Source: the human T2T-CHM13v2.0 reference genome, Homo sapiens
Reading direction: 5' to 3' (one strand)
Length of the DNA: 64,000 nucleotides
NCBI RefSeq assembly: GCF_009914755.1
Contig: NC_060928.1
Made by a program: the position numbers and the translations under genes. The notes below the pieces were generated by a model that was not told the DNA's origin, did no database searches, and saw nothing but the letters and a program-made list of their open reading frames with translations. This document shows positions 31,000 to 43,314 of this stretch, piece after piece (position 1 is the stretch's first letter; every line of letters begins with the position of its first letter).

Positions 31000-31488
31000 A
31001 TTCCATTTCCCTTTGCCACATACTCATTTATCCCTTCTCCCTTTATATATAAGGAGTGGAAAATTATCTATTTTTAGACCTAAGAAGAAGTCAGTTGGAG
31101 GAGGAGGGCATGGTTCTGGAAAGCTTTTACTTTCAGATTTAAAAAAATCCTATTGGCTCCACCTCTTCCTTCCTTCTTGGGACACTAACATGAGGATGTG
31201 ATGTCTGCAGCTGTGGCAGCCATCTTGCAGTCATGAGGTGACAAGCAAGGCAAATGCAAATTCAAAGCAAGAGGGCAGAGAGCCAACAGGCTGAGGATGG
31301 TAGAAGAAAAGAATAGTCAGAGCCTTGGTATCTGATGACAGCTGAGGCACAGAGTGGACCCTGGAACCAGGTAGAAACCACAGACTCCTAGATTGTTTCT
31401 TAAAGAAACTATAATTGTCTTAATGGTTCAGGCAACTTACTGGTGGTATTGCTTTCCATTACTTGTGGTCAATAACTTACCTGATACA
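31000..31488 (+). mobile_element. MaLR LTR (MLT1J/K-like)
   Basis: GATGTGATGTCTGCAGCTGTGGCAGCCATCTTGCAGTCATGAGG...CTGATACA. Confidence 0.65.
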
Positions 31489-32757
31489 TAATGCGAATCA
31501 CTTTCCTTTTAGGCTTATTGTTGGGATTGCCGTCTATGAAAACATTAAGCCCTTTCTCTCCTTCCAATCTCTACTATTTCCTCCACATACAAGGTCTCTT
31601 CTCTTCCTGGTGAAATCCTCACTCCTAAAAGCTCTTCCGAAATGTGTTCTCGGTGATGTCTTCTTAGGGTTCTGAAATGAGCAACTCTCTTCCTTGTCTG
31701 CAACCCTAGACATTTTCCCTGTGTCTGCATTCTAGCCCTTAGCCTGCACAGCTGCACACTCCACCACTGTCCCGGTGAGGCAGGGCCTGTGACGTTTTCA
31801 TTTCTGGGTCTCAATGTTGGCACAGTTCAGGGAACATCACAGGGGCCTAACGGAAGCCAGTTAGAATAAATGATTCTCTTGTATCAACATCTTAGAGGGA
31901 AAACAATTCAAACACTGAAGTGGGTGGTGAGGAGGAAATGTATAGGGAAAGAGACCAACGGCCTTCCCATAAATAAACACTGCAAAAGGAACGCTTTTTA
32001 AAACAGCTCTTAATGCAATATTACATCAATCACATTCACATTTGCTAATGATTTTGTGTGTTCGATAGAATCTCATTTAAGCTCACTAGCCTGTTTAAAT
32101 CCTGGCTTCCTTTTATTTCCTCATCCTAATCAGATTTAAGTGACAATTGCAAAGGACCTATTTTGTAAGGAGATAAATGAATGCATAGGTGATCCTGGAT
32201 GCTTACAAAGTGGTTGCTGTCCCCAGGTTTGAACTACGAAAGTGTGGGCAACCTTTATTATTGGACAGAGACCCTTGTGTGCTGGGTAATACAGAGACAC
32301 AGCAAAGGCACGATTTAATTCAAATGGACTTAAACATGGGCTCTAGTACACTCCTCTGTGTCAGTGCATCATGAGACTAGAACAGGGATTACATGAGACA
32401 TTTTTTCTGTCTCCTGAAAGCCTTTTATGTATTTTCTTTTTTAAGTAGCTGCTGTGCTTGTGAGTGTGGAAGGGGGTCAGAGATGAATGAATGGTGAAGT
32501 GCATAGATATGCAGAATAACCTCCAGACAGCAATCTAGTGAAACGTCTGCATTAACTCTTGATGTAGCCAGGGTGCTGGGGCCATTAATTGGCACAAGTG
32601 TTGAAGAGGACAGGCATTAGCTAAGAGAAGATTCCAATTGCAAAAGGAATAGGCTGAGGCATAAAGCCAGTTTGAAGCAGTTCTTCATTCCCAGAGGGTC
32701 TTTTGAAAATCCTTATTTACACAACTGTAGGTGAATGATAATGATATAGCATTTTAT

Positions 32758-33055
32758 TTTATTTTATTTTTGAGACTAAGTCTCACTCTGTCACCCAGGC
32801 TGGAGTGCAGTGGTGTGATCTCAGCTCACTGCAACCTCTGCCTCCCAGTTTCACTTGATCCTCCCACCACAGTCTCCTGAGTAGCTAGGATTACAGAAGT
32901 GCACCACCACGTCTGGCTAATTTTTTTGTATTTTTAGTAGAGACGGGGTTTTGCCATGTTGGCCAGGCTGGTCTCGAACTCCTGACCTCAAGTGATCTAC
33001 CTGCCTTGGCCTCCCTAAGTGCTGGGATTATAGGCGTGAGCCACTGTGCTTGGCC
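32758..33055 (-). mobile_element. AluS inserted in a MIR
   Basis: TSD TGATATAGCATTTTAT / TGATGCAGCATTTTAT. The MIR continues to ~33240. Confidence 0.93.
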
Positions 33056-35929
33056 TGATGCAGCATTTTATATAATACCCAGCATTCATGGAGCATGTGT
33101 ATGCACAGTGCATTACATGGATTATCTCATCTAAATTTACAAAATAACTATCTATTTTTATTTTCATTTGGCAAAAAAGAAAACAGACTCAGTAGGTTGT
33201 TTTCTTTGATAGATCCAGGGATCATAGAACCAGTAATGGGAAGACACTCCCATTTTCCTGAGAACTGGTTATAACTATTGCTTTGTGCTTTTGGCAAATG
33301 TTGCCTCCCCCTTCAGAGTTCTAGGAGGGAAGGTGCCTGCACAGACAAGGAGTCCAGCTGCCTTCTGGGCATTAAAGCACCCATACCTCAACCTCTGCTG
33401 CCCAAAAGTTGACATTCGGGGAGGGCGATTCCAACCAAGGCCCAGGGACAGTGAAGGGCAACAGAGTCCTTGAAAAATTTTACTATCAGGCTGGAGAGTT
33501 GGGATCAGTGGGCTGGCCAAGATCAGGAAGGAAGAATCAGGCATGGTCGTCCTGGATCTGAGATGTCATGGTTGCTGGAACCTGGCCTGGAACTTGTATG
33601 GGACTTAACAGCATCTTCTGCCTTCCTATTGCAGATGGCAAGAACGTAAGATACATTTTTCCTATGAATCTTTTTGCCTATGTGTTGTCTTCCATGGCCC
33701 CATTGGACCTCACAGGTTATCACCTCCATTCTGCACAGCACAGAAGAGGATTCCTGACAGCCAGACTCTTCAGTCTGCCTCAGGGTAGACTCACAACTTC
33801 AACCCCATTAGCTCTATCTGTTCCCACTCTCTTGTGAGCACACCCTCTTGTGCCTGCTGACCTCCCATCCTCTGGCCCTACTCCTTGCTCATCCCAATGC
33901 ATCTGCTTTTTCTCTGTTTCCTTGGGGTCCTGTCTCTTTCCATGTTGAGGACCTTCATTAAGTTTTAGTTCTTTAATTAAAAAGAAGGTGCCAAGAGAAT
34001 GGGACCCAGAAATTTAGGAGCAAGATATGGGAGCAAGGTGGCTATTTCCAGAGCACCGAACACAACATGGCTGGCACCTTCCTATTCTGTACACATGACA
34101 CCCAACTATCCTGAGTGTGCAACATGAGACAGAACAGGGCCCGGTGGCGGCTTCTCCTTCTCATCTCTGTGTGTGAAGCCTTCACCCCCAGACAGGCATA
34201 ATGTAGTAACTTGGCACAAGAGCTCAGCTTGTGTTCTCTTTAGGTTTTGGAGAGGAGCTGATTCTCTGAAGTTCTACCCAAACCACAGCTGCCCTCTGGG
34301 AAGTTAATCGGAAGAGAAGTGAGGGAAGTTTGGTTTGGAAGGCAATAGGATCAGTGTGCACCAAATGGATTTGATGACTGGAGTTAACCGTTTAAAATTT
34401 TCATTGGCAAAAACGGATATATTAATTTCTATGGACACATTTCCTAGTTCATGTATAGGCCTGGCTCATGCAGCTCATTAGCTAGCTCAACTTGACCCAC
34501 GATTCCAGTGGCAATGACCGGCTGGAACAGGCTTGGGTTAGGGGTGCTCCTATTTTAATTCAGCAAATGTAGAACAGCTGTCCACCCTGTAGACCTGCCC
34601 TAGCTTCTTAGGGAAGGTCATCAAGAGTCAGCATCCTGGGAGGATGGCTTGGGCACTCCCTCAAAGAGCCCCCTCCACTGGCCACTCCTCCCTCTAGTAA
34701 GTGTTTGTTAGCCTTTGTCTTCATGCAAAAAAGAACACAGTTGTTTTGTGAAAGAAGCAAAGAGAAAATGACCTTACGGAATATTCTTGTAAACTGACTG
34801 TTGTCCTTTCAAAAGAGACTTTGTCATGTGTATACGATGAGCCCTACCCTGTATCAGCAATTAGCAATTGATGAAATGCTCTTCACTTCACACTTACCAT
34901 ATCCCAGGCTGGTTTCAGAGGGAACGACTATGTTATTTCTTGACTACTGCATTCTGGTTTGTTTGGATGAGTTTGTTTGCTTTCTCTTGGTTTTTCTTCT
35001 TCCTTTGCTTTAACACTCTTTAATTACCCTCTCTCTTGGTTTTACTCACTGCTGTACGGGGAAAGAGAGGCAATAATAGGACCCACTAGGGACCTGGCAG
35101 AGTTAACTTCTAACCAGGGCTTTCTCACTAGCTATTATGAGAGAGGGCAAGTCCCTTCATCCCCTTGGAAATCCACCATCTGTCAAGCGAGGCCCCTGAA
35201 TTAGATTCCTGTTAGTTTCCCTTTTGGTTTTGACATTTCTGGTTCTGACACTCTTAGTCCCCCTCAGCCAGTTAAGGCATTTTATCTGTGCAAGTTCTTT
35301 CAAGAGGACATCTATTTGTTGTAATTTAATGTAGCTTCATTATGATAAGTGCCTCTAAGTAGTTTTCTCTTATTCTGGATTTTTTTTTTTTAATGTGGCT
35401 TTTCCCTATGGTATAATCATATCTGCAAAAGCCTGAGTCTCTGGCTTGTACAGACAGAAACTAACCTCACTCTTAGTCCTTTGCAAAGGCTTCTGGGGGT
35501 TTCATTTCTCAGGGAGGCATCAATTCCAGCATGTCCTCTTGTGGGTCGTGTTTCTTGCACTCTGCACTGGCCAGTTAGCAGTGAGCGTGCCGTGCATGAG
35601 GAAATCATCTTCCAGCTTTAGGGCTGGCCTCCAGTTCCTGCTCAGGCTGGTGCAGCTCTGGGTGTAGCTTCCTTGAGATTTCCCAGGAAACATGTCTGCA
35701 CTGCATGTGCAGCTGTGGTTTGCAGTTATTCAAAGGTAACATGCATAAGTCTGGGTGTATTAGGACTGAGTGCAACCTGACTATCAAAGTCTACTCTCAA
35801 GTACTGAATGTCCACCTGTTCACAAGGCTGCTAGCTTGTGAAGGCTGTGGTGCCTCCAGAGACATTAGGCCACCCAGATATTTGCCATATAGGACAAGCT
35901 CAGAGTAGCTGGAGAGGGCGTCTACTGCA

Positions 35930-36368
35930 TTACCTGCTCAGTCCCTCTGTTTTAAGAACTGCAAAGGTAGGCTACTCCTTATAGCCATGTTTGCTTCTTT
36001 GCCCCCGATTAACAAAAGGTGGACACTTGACCCAAGTTTAACCAATCAGAGATTTTTTCCCTGAGAATTTAGATTGGGATGGAGAAAGAGAGTCACTCTT
36101 TCTGGGTAGTTGGATTGCCCCAAAGACAAGGTTTGCTTGGCGGATTCTCCCAGGCAGAAGCAGAAAAAACTTATGTTGCAAGAGAGAAGAAGGAAGCAGC
36201 TATGTGTGTGTTTTTTGGGGTGGGGGTTGCTGAGATGAGAGATAGAGCAATAACACTGCTCCCAGTTCCTCTTCCTGGGTCCTCCGAGGTCTGGATCCAT
36301 TTCTGTTCTCAAGACACTGTCCCATAGCTTGGGTTAGTTTCTCTCACTAGCAAACAAAATAGCTCTTT
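35930..36368 (+). mobile_element. Old MaLR LTR (MLT1K/L-like)
   Basis: GGTGGACACTTGACCCAAG...CCAATCAGAG...GTTTCTCTCACTAGCAAAC. Confidence 0.5.
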
Positions 36369-36645
36369 CCATTAGGGTACTCAATTATTCTACTTAGATA
36401 CGTATAGGCTGGAGACGTATGCTGAAGAAAATTATTTCTTCCTATACTACTGTGCACTTTACCACTGTTCATTCATTCATGCATGCATCCATCCATCCAT
36501 CCATCCATCCATCGATTTAACAGAGATATATTGAGCTGTACTATGTGCTGGGAATTGTGCTAATCTCTTTGGAGGGACTGGTGACCAGTGTAGACATAAC
36601 CTGGCCTCAAGAAGCTTACAGTCTGCGGAAGAGAGATAGTAGATT

Positions 36646-37084
36646 TGTTGTCTGCAGCTGGCAAGTTAGTTACTACAAACTTGGAGGCTTAAAGCAGCAG
36701 AAATGTATTCACTTACAGTTCTGGAAGTCAGAAGTCTGATGTCAAGGTGTCAGCAGGGCCATCCTCCTTCTGAAGTCTCTAGGGGAGAATCCTTTCTTAC
36801 CTCTTCCAGCTTCTGGTGGCTCCAGACATTCCTTGGCTGTGGCTGCATCACTCCAGTCTCTGCCTCTGACTTCACATGGTGTTTTCCTTTTTCTCTCTGT
36901 GTGTCTCCTATAAGGACACTTTATTGAGTTTAGGGCTCACCACAATAATCCAGGATGATCTCATCTTGAGTTCCTTAAGAGAAACATCTGCAAAGACCCT
37001 TCTTCCAAATAAAGTCACATTATCAGTTTCCAGAGGTAAGGACATGGACAAATCTTTGTAGGAGCCACCATTCCACCCACTACA
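36646..37084 (-). mobile_element. MaLR LTR (MLT1C-like)
   Basis: ACAAACTTGGAGGCTTAAA...CTCTAGGGGAGAATCC...CATCTGCAAAGACCCT...CCCACTACA. Confidence 0.85.
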
Positions 37085-37298
37085 GAGGGTGAACACTTGT
37101 TAGTGTGGAGAGTGTTACAAAGGGGACTCGTAGGGTGTTCGAAAAATTGGTGGGACAACCTCTTCTTTAGGCATCAGAGGAAGTGGTATCATCTGGAAGC
37201 AGAAGGCAGAGTAAGCCCCTGCTAAACTGTAGGCAGGCAGATAGGCTCAAAGAAAGACAGAGGCCCAAGAGAGCAAACAGCTCCCAGGGTAAGAGGCA

Positions 37299-37490
37299 AG
37301 CCCAGCGTGGCTGGAACACAGAGGCTGTGTGGAGTCCGTGGAGGGGCAGAGAGTGGAGCAATACAGAGAGACAGGTGGGTTCTGATCTTGCAGCTCAGCG
37401 TGGCTGGAACACAGAGGCTGTGTGGAGGCCGTGGAGGGGCAGAGAGTGGAGCAATACAGAGAGACAGGTGGGTTCTGATCTTCCAGCCCA
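37299..37490 (+). repeat. 93-bp tandem duplication (3 mismatches)
   Basis: 37299-37391 vs 37392-37484, bounded by AGC(C/T)CA microhomology. Confidence 0.95.
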
Positions 37491-37879
37491 TGTGGCTTTG
37501 TGCAGAGCTTTGGATTCCACTGCGGCAGCGATGGGACTTTGTAGTATGGTTTTAAGTGGAGTAAAGTGATCTGCTTTGCATTTTAAAAAGATTTCTTTGG
37601 CTCCTGTTTTTTTTTTTCTCCCCAGCCTTCAACTCCTTAATTTTGTAATAATTGCCAACAATATTGTCGGTGGGAAATCCCTGGCAATACAGGGAGGCTT
37701 AAGCAAGGAGAGATGCCTAGGTCGGAGCTCATCAAAAGCCTCCCTCTCAGCATCTAATTTGCACCTCCACCTTGCCCCAGATCCCCTTCTGCCTTAATTT
37801 TGGTTTTGAAAATTGTAAATCAGTTAGTATTAGCTCAAGGCCTCAGATAGCAAGGACAATTTAATACTATGAAAAAATA

Positions 37880-38480
37880 AGAGGCATCTTCGCTGTTCTG
37901 ACATTTATTATTCCCGGACTCGTTATTTTTCCTAATGAACGTTTCTTTCTCTCCTTACGCTTATCGGTTTTAACACATGCCATTTACCACCTCCCACCCG
38001 CTGATTAGGGGGCTGGAAACGGGCTTACATCACTGTCAGGGCAGGAGAGGAAAAATTGCAAAGTAAACGGCAAGATGTTGCCGCGATAGCGAGCAGGAAA
38101 ATCTGCAGTGCTTAGGAGAATGCGGGACCCAAATGAAATTCCGCGTCTCCCCGCGGCGGGTGCCGCAGAGCCACCGGCGAGGGGCGGGCGCCACCACGTG
38201 ACTGATTATTCAAATGGACCGATGATTAACTCGGTTTATATTGATGCAAATAATCCTGCCGGAGCCTGCAACGGCTAATGCATTTTGGAACTGTGGTTTT
38301 TCCATTGATAGCACAAAATATTGTAGAGGAAAGCCATTTTCATAATATTAATAATGGAATTACAGAATCAGGTCACTTAAAGGAACGGCGCTGACTCAGC
38401 GACAGCAGCGTGGAGGTTGAATGTGGGGATTAGCACTGAGCAAAACGAATACAAACCTTTTGCAGCGATCTCATTGCATA
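37880..38480. promoter_or_regulatory. Orphan CpG-rich, motif-dense candidate enhancer
   Basis: About 20 CpGs in 38065-38275. GC box, CACGTGAC, ATGCAAAT, TGATTA, TGTGGTT and GCTGACTCAGC. Confidence 0.6.
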
Positions 38481-38964
38481 AAACGCACATCCCCTTCCCT
38501 TTTTCTTTTTAAAAGAAAAAGAGCTTCAGAAATGACCGTGGCTAAGTACAATTCTCAGATGAATTTATTACAAAGAAAGAAACTATCCAGTGAGCTTAGG
38601 GAGCCCCCAGTAAAATGTTTTTCCTTTTTTCCCCTTTGATTAAATTCCTTTGATTAAATAGTGGGTTTACCTTCCTTGCTGCCCGTGCCCTGGTTTAATG
38701 TCCCAGAACAATGTCTGCAAATGCTTTCTAAATGAATGATTCGAATTGCAAATGAAGATCAATGAATGCCCTCTAAAAGAATGAGTATATTTCTCAATGA
38801 AGATCTAGGGCTGAGAGGAAATTCTGCGCAAATCTCTCAGGGTCTTCTGCTGTGTGCTGAAGCCGAAGTGAGCTCCTGGGATCCTCGTTGGGTGGGAACG
38901 GGGGAAGACAGATGGCAGGGTCCAAGGAGATTGGCTCTTTCTGTAGACACGAAAAAGAGCCTAA

Positions 38965-39145
38965 AAATATCCAGAGGAGGGCACAAAGATGTATACATGA
39001 TGATGTTCACTGCAGTGCATTTGTAAAAGTGAACCAACCAGAACATTAAGGCATAATAAGATATAACCAAAAATGGAATATTATGCAGATATTAATAGGA
39101 GAAACTGTTCATGATATATTAAGCTAAGAAGCAAATTCCAAACAT
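38965..39145 (+). mobile_element. L1ME-like 3' relic
   Basis: GCACAAAGATGTATACATGATGATGTTCACTGCAG...ATGGAATATTATGCAG. Confidence 0.55.
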
Positions 39146-39370
39146 TTTTAAAGGAAAGCCAGGGCTCCCGTTCTGTGCATTTGTCCAGGCCACATTGGCC
39201 CACTATCCTAGGATCTTGATGACTACTCCTAAAATAGTGTGGAAGCCAACCTGATGAAGAGTCAACTGCTTCTCTTTTGCAGTCTAAGGAGGGAACTGGA
39301 AAAGACTTACAGGGCAAGAAGGGACTTGGCAGGAATTCAAAGGTGCTTAGTAATGAGTGCATGCCATGCT

Positions 39371-39575
39371 TTAAAAAATTATGATAAAATACACACAACA
39401 GAACATTGATCATTTTAACGATTTTAAAGTGTGCAATTCAGTAGTATTTTACACCTTCACAATGTTGTGCAGTCATCACCACTGTTTAGTTCTAGAACAT
39501 TTCCATCATCTCCAGAGGAAACCCCATGTTCATGGAGCACCACTCTCCTTTCAGCCCTGGGCAACCTCTAACCAC
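39371..39575 (-). mobile_element. L1MB-like 3' end
   Basis: TTTTAAAGTGTGCAATTCAGTAG...TTCACAATGTTGTGCA...AGAACATTTCCATCA. Confidence 0.75.
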
Positions 39576-39761
39576 ATGGGGCTATTTTCCTTTTTAAAAT
39601 TCTTGTCCTTCTTCTGTCTCCCATTCCTATTTTCCTTGACTATTAACCTTTCTAGAATTCTTGACTAGCTAGTCACTTGGCATGAAGGCAGTGGGGAGGA
39701 GTGAAGGGACCATGGCTAGCTACTCTAGGGCTCCAAATTTAGCATTCTTCCTCCACTTATG

Positions 39762-40000
39762 GGCAGCGGTATTGCTTAGTGGCTGTGAATAAGGATCCCA
39801 GAATCCAACAGCCTTGGTTCAAATCCTGGAACCATATCTTATTTCTAAGTTACCACTCCTCTAAGCCTCAGTTTTCTTGTCTCTAAAATGGGGACAGCAA
39901 AAGAACTCACCTCATAAAGTGGTAAGAGCAAATGATTTTTGACTGGTGCTTAGAACATGTTTGACCTAGCGTAAGTGCTTAATCAATGTTTGTTGTTACA
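39762..40000 (+). mobile_element. MIR
   Basis: GGTTCAAATCCTGG...CTAAGCCTCAGTTTTCTTGTCTCTAAAATGGGG...GTAAGTGCTTAAT. Confidence 0.8.
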
Positions 40001-40261
40001 GTAATATGAACTTCTTCAAGTAGTTTCTCTGATATCTGGATGATGAGATTGTAATAGCTGGTTGAGACTGAATAAGATAGGATTTGCAAGCTGGTTGTCC
40101 CATTGATACCCAACAGGTGTAGGTGTCTTTTGGCAAGAGTTTAAGGCAAAGGCAAGAGAAGGTCTCCTGTCCACTGACTTCGCTGCTTGCACAGGATCAG
40201 GGATTATTTCCATTTTTTACCACCCATTCTGCTGTTTAAAATAAGTAGCCTCAGGTATTTG

Positions 40262-40814
40262 AGTTACCAGAAAGGAGTCCAGATCCAGACCCTGAGAGAG
40301 GGTTCTTGGATCTTGCACAAGAAAGAATTTAGGGTGAATCCATACAGTAAAGTGAAAGCAAGTTTATTAAGAGAGTAGATGAATAAAAGAATGGCTGCTC
40401 CAAAAGCAGAGCAGCCCCAAGGGCTGCTGGTTACCCATTTTAATGGTTATTTCTTGATGATATGCTAAACTAGGGGTGGATTATTCATGCCTTCTGTTTT
40501 TAGACCATATAGGGTAACTCTCTGACGTTGCCATCACATCTGTAAACTGTCGCGTGCTGGTGGGAGTGTAGCAGTGAGGATGACCAGAGGTCACTCTCAT
40601 CGCCATCTTGGTTTTGGTGGGTTTCAGCCTGCTTCTTTACTGCCACCTGTTTTATTGGCAAGGTTTTTATGACCTGTATCTTGTGCTGACCTCCTGTCTC
40701 ATCCTGTGACTAAAAATGCCTTAACCGTCTGGGAATGCAGCCCAGCAGGTCTTAGTCTTATTTTACCTAGCCCCTATTCAAGATGGAGTTGCTCTGGTTC
40801 ACACGCCTCTAACA
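40262..40814 (-). mobile_element. MER41A ERV1 solo LTR
   Basis: 553 bp; reverse complement TGTTAGAGGCGTGTGAACCAGAGCAACTCCATCTTGAATAGGGGC. 4-bp TSD TTTG. Lacks the MER41B tandem GAS insert. Confidence 0.88.
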
Positions 40815-41139
40815 TTTGGACAAGTTTCTCACATGATCTGATTTGTCAGACTATTCCCTGACAACCCAGTAATCTTCCCTGATTGTGTTCTGGTTTATCA
40901 TTGTCCTTCTTAAATGTGGGGCTCAGAGTTGAACCCAACAAACTTCATCTGGAGCTGCTCCTCGTTCCTTTTGAAAATTTGCATTTTGGTTAATCCAGGC
41001 TTCCCCACTTCCTGCCCCATTCAAACTTTATTTGTGATGGAAATCTTTAGATGTTGAGAACAGGGAGTGACAATGCAAGTCACTAAAGGCTCGGCTGAGC
41101 AGGACCCTGAGTGCAGTGTCAGAATTCTGGCTGAGGCCT

Positions 41140-41625
41140 TGACCTAGCCCCTGCCTACCCCTATGTCCCCAGTCCTCACCTCTTACACCCTGCCCCTCTC
41201 ACCATCCTCTACTCATACTGGTGACTGCTTTTCTCCAAACATGCCACACTCGCTCCATGCTCAGGTCCTCTGCTCTTGTTTGTTCTGCTGTTGAGATGGC
41301 TTTTCCCAGTATTCTCATGGTTGACTGCTTTATACTTCATTTAGGCTCTGCCTAATGTCATCCTTTTGGGGACTTCCTCTGATCACAACAATATTATATG
41401 TCTCTCTCTAGCCCCATCCTGCTTTATTTTCCTCTAGACTACTTAGTTTTACATGATACTGACCTATGTTTATTTGCTCATTGTTAGAACTGTATCTCTT
41501 CCCTACCAGATTACAGACTCCACAGGGCAGGGACCTTGTTAGTCTTCTTGGTCTTGTATTCCTAGTGCCTAGAACAGTGCCTGGCACATAGTGGGTTCTC
41601 AATAAATATTTGTTGAATGAATAAC
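41140..41625 (+). mobile_element. L2a 3' end
   Basis: CTCCACAGGGCAGGGACCTTG...CCTAGAACAGTGCCTGGCACATAGTGGGTTCTCAATAAATATTTGTTGAATGAAT. Confidence 0.85.
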
Positions 41626-41648
41626 TCAATGGTAGTCATTAGTGGTGC

Positions 41649-42297
41649 TGAGAAAGAAAAATGCAGCTCCTGACAGCCGGAAGCTGGCCTGACACTCAAA
41701 CAGGGCCACAGTGTTCTCTGTAAACACAGACAATTTCACAGAACATCAACAGCAGACAACACAGCCATGCTGTGACCCTGAGAAATCATGACCAAGACGA
41801 GACTGAGAGCAGACAAAGTGAGGACATTGTCCAAACCACAACCAACAACCAATCCTTCCTCATTCCTGGCCAATGCGAGTGATTGCTGTGTCTTTAGGGA
41901 ACCCTGCTCTTCCTGCCTTCTAGATGAGGACAATCAATCACAGAATTACTCCCACTTCCTGTCACTCTTCTGAGTGGTTCCAGCTCCGATTGACATGGCA
42001 AGGTGTTGGGGGAGGGGCAGCGTTCTATACTCCTGTGATTAGATCTGAGTCTTCCAGTGATCCCGTGTCCCTGGGCTGTGAGCTCCACAAGTGCTCCCTC
42101 CAGCTGTCTCCAGAGCAAAGCCTGGCTTCCTTGAAACCTTTTCACCATCCCCCAGTACAAACCCCAATCTTAAAACCAGGCCTTTCTATCACTGTCTTGC
42201 TGAGATGGGGCATGGTTCTCTGTGGTGTGTTGTCTTTCTCTTTGCAATGACTCGACAGACCCAATCACAAGTGTGTTCCTTGATGGTCTTTGACTAC
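41649..42297 (+). mobile_element. ERV1 LTR (MER67-like) with a foreign internal segment
   Basis: TGAGAAAGAAAAATGCAGCTCCTGACA...ACAATTTCACAGAACATCAACA...CATTGTCCAAACCACAA. Confidence 0.55.
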
Positions 42298-42586
42298 TAA
42301 TAAAAATTATTATTTTTGTCATTATTGATCTTGGTATCTACCACTGCAGTTCTGGATACCTTGCAAATTTGAGACATTGCCTTTAATATATTCACCTGAG
42401 AAAAATCTATCAGAGCCGAAGGCCTCTTAAGCTCACCATTAGAGGTAGTCTGCCGGTCTGCACTGATTACTGCAGCTCGTAGCTGCTTTATCTCATTATA
42501 AAGCCAGCAGTAGTCCACAGGTAGAGCCATGTTGCATGAGATCATGGGCCAGATCAGTCTTCTTGGTTGTATCTGTCTCCTTCCAT

Positions 42587-43314
42587 TGTTACCAGTGGTG
42601 AATCTGGACTGGTCTGCAGCAACTTGATCCTTGTCTCCTGAGAGGAAAGAATTTGGCCAAGGGGCATAAGGCAGGTTGAGACCAAGGCAGGTTTTAGAGC
42701 AGGGGGGAGAGTTTATTAACAAGTTTTAGAACAAGAACCAAAGGAAGTGAAGTACGCTTGGGAGAGGACGACGTGGGTGATGTTGAGAGCTCCCAGTGCC
42801 CCATCCTACCCTTGACTTGGGGTTTCATACATTGGCATGGTTTTGGGGTTTGTGTTTCTTCTCCCCTGATTCTTCCCTTGGAGCAGGCTGTCTGCAGGCG
42901 TGGTGCCCTGCCAGTGCTTGGGAGGGGCCACACGCAGTGTGTTTACAGAAATTGTGCACGTGCTCACTTGAGGCGTTCTTCCCTTACCAGTTTAGTGTTC
43001 CTAGAGGAAGGTCATGTACCAGTTAAACTCTGCCATTTTGCCTCTTAGTGCACATGCCTGGGCACACTTGCCCAGCTCCTGAGATCTTTTTGGGAAGCGG
43101 CTGATCACCAGCTTCAGGTGTTTTCTGTCTACTAGGAGACTGCCTTTCCCTGGCAGTGGCAGCAACCAATTATTTTACAGAGACAGTTTAACAACCAACT
43201 GGCCATAAGCTCTTGATGGTTGGCTGACATTCCTGGTGGCCAGGGGCTGGCATGGGGGCAGGGCAGGGTGCCTCTTCTGCCCTGCTCATGTCAGCCTAGC
43301 CACCTACTCTAACA
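42587..43314 (-). mobile_element. MER50 ERV1 solo LTR
   Basis: 728 bp with TG...CA termini and perfect 4-bp TSD CCAT. Reverse complement TGTTAGAGTAGGT...GACATGAGCAGGGCAG. Confidence 0.85.

Larger units (their letters stand above)
36468..37605 (-). mobile_element. L2 3' relic with (TTCA)/(TCCA) tail, split by MLT1C
   Basis: TTCATTCATTCA...TATTGAG...TATGTGCTGG...GCCTCAAGAAGCTTACAGTCT. Resumes after 37085. Confidence 0.65.

Noticed and set aside
37183-37569. 128-aa ORF with an internal 31-aa repeat
   Set aside because: Produced by the 93-bp DNA duplication within an L2 relic; no coding evidence.
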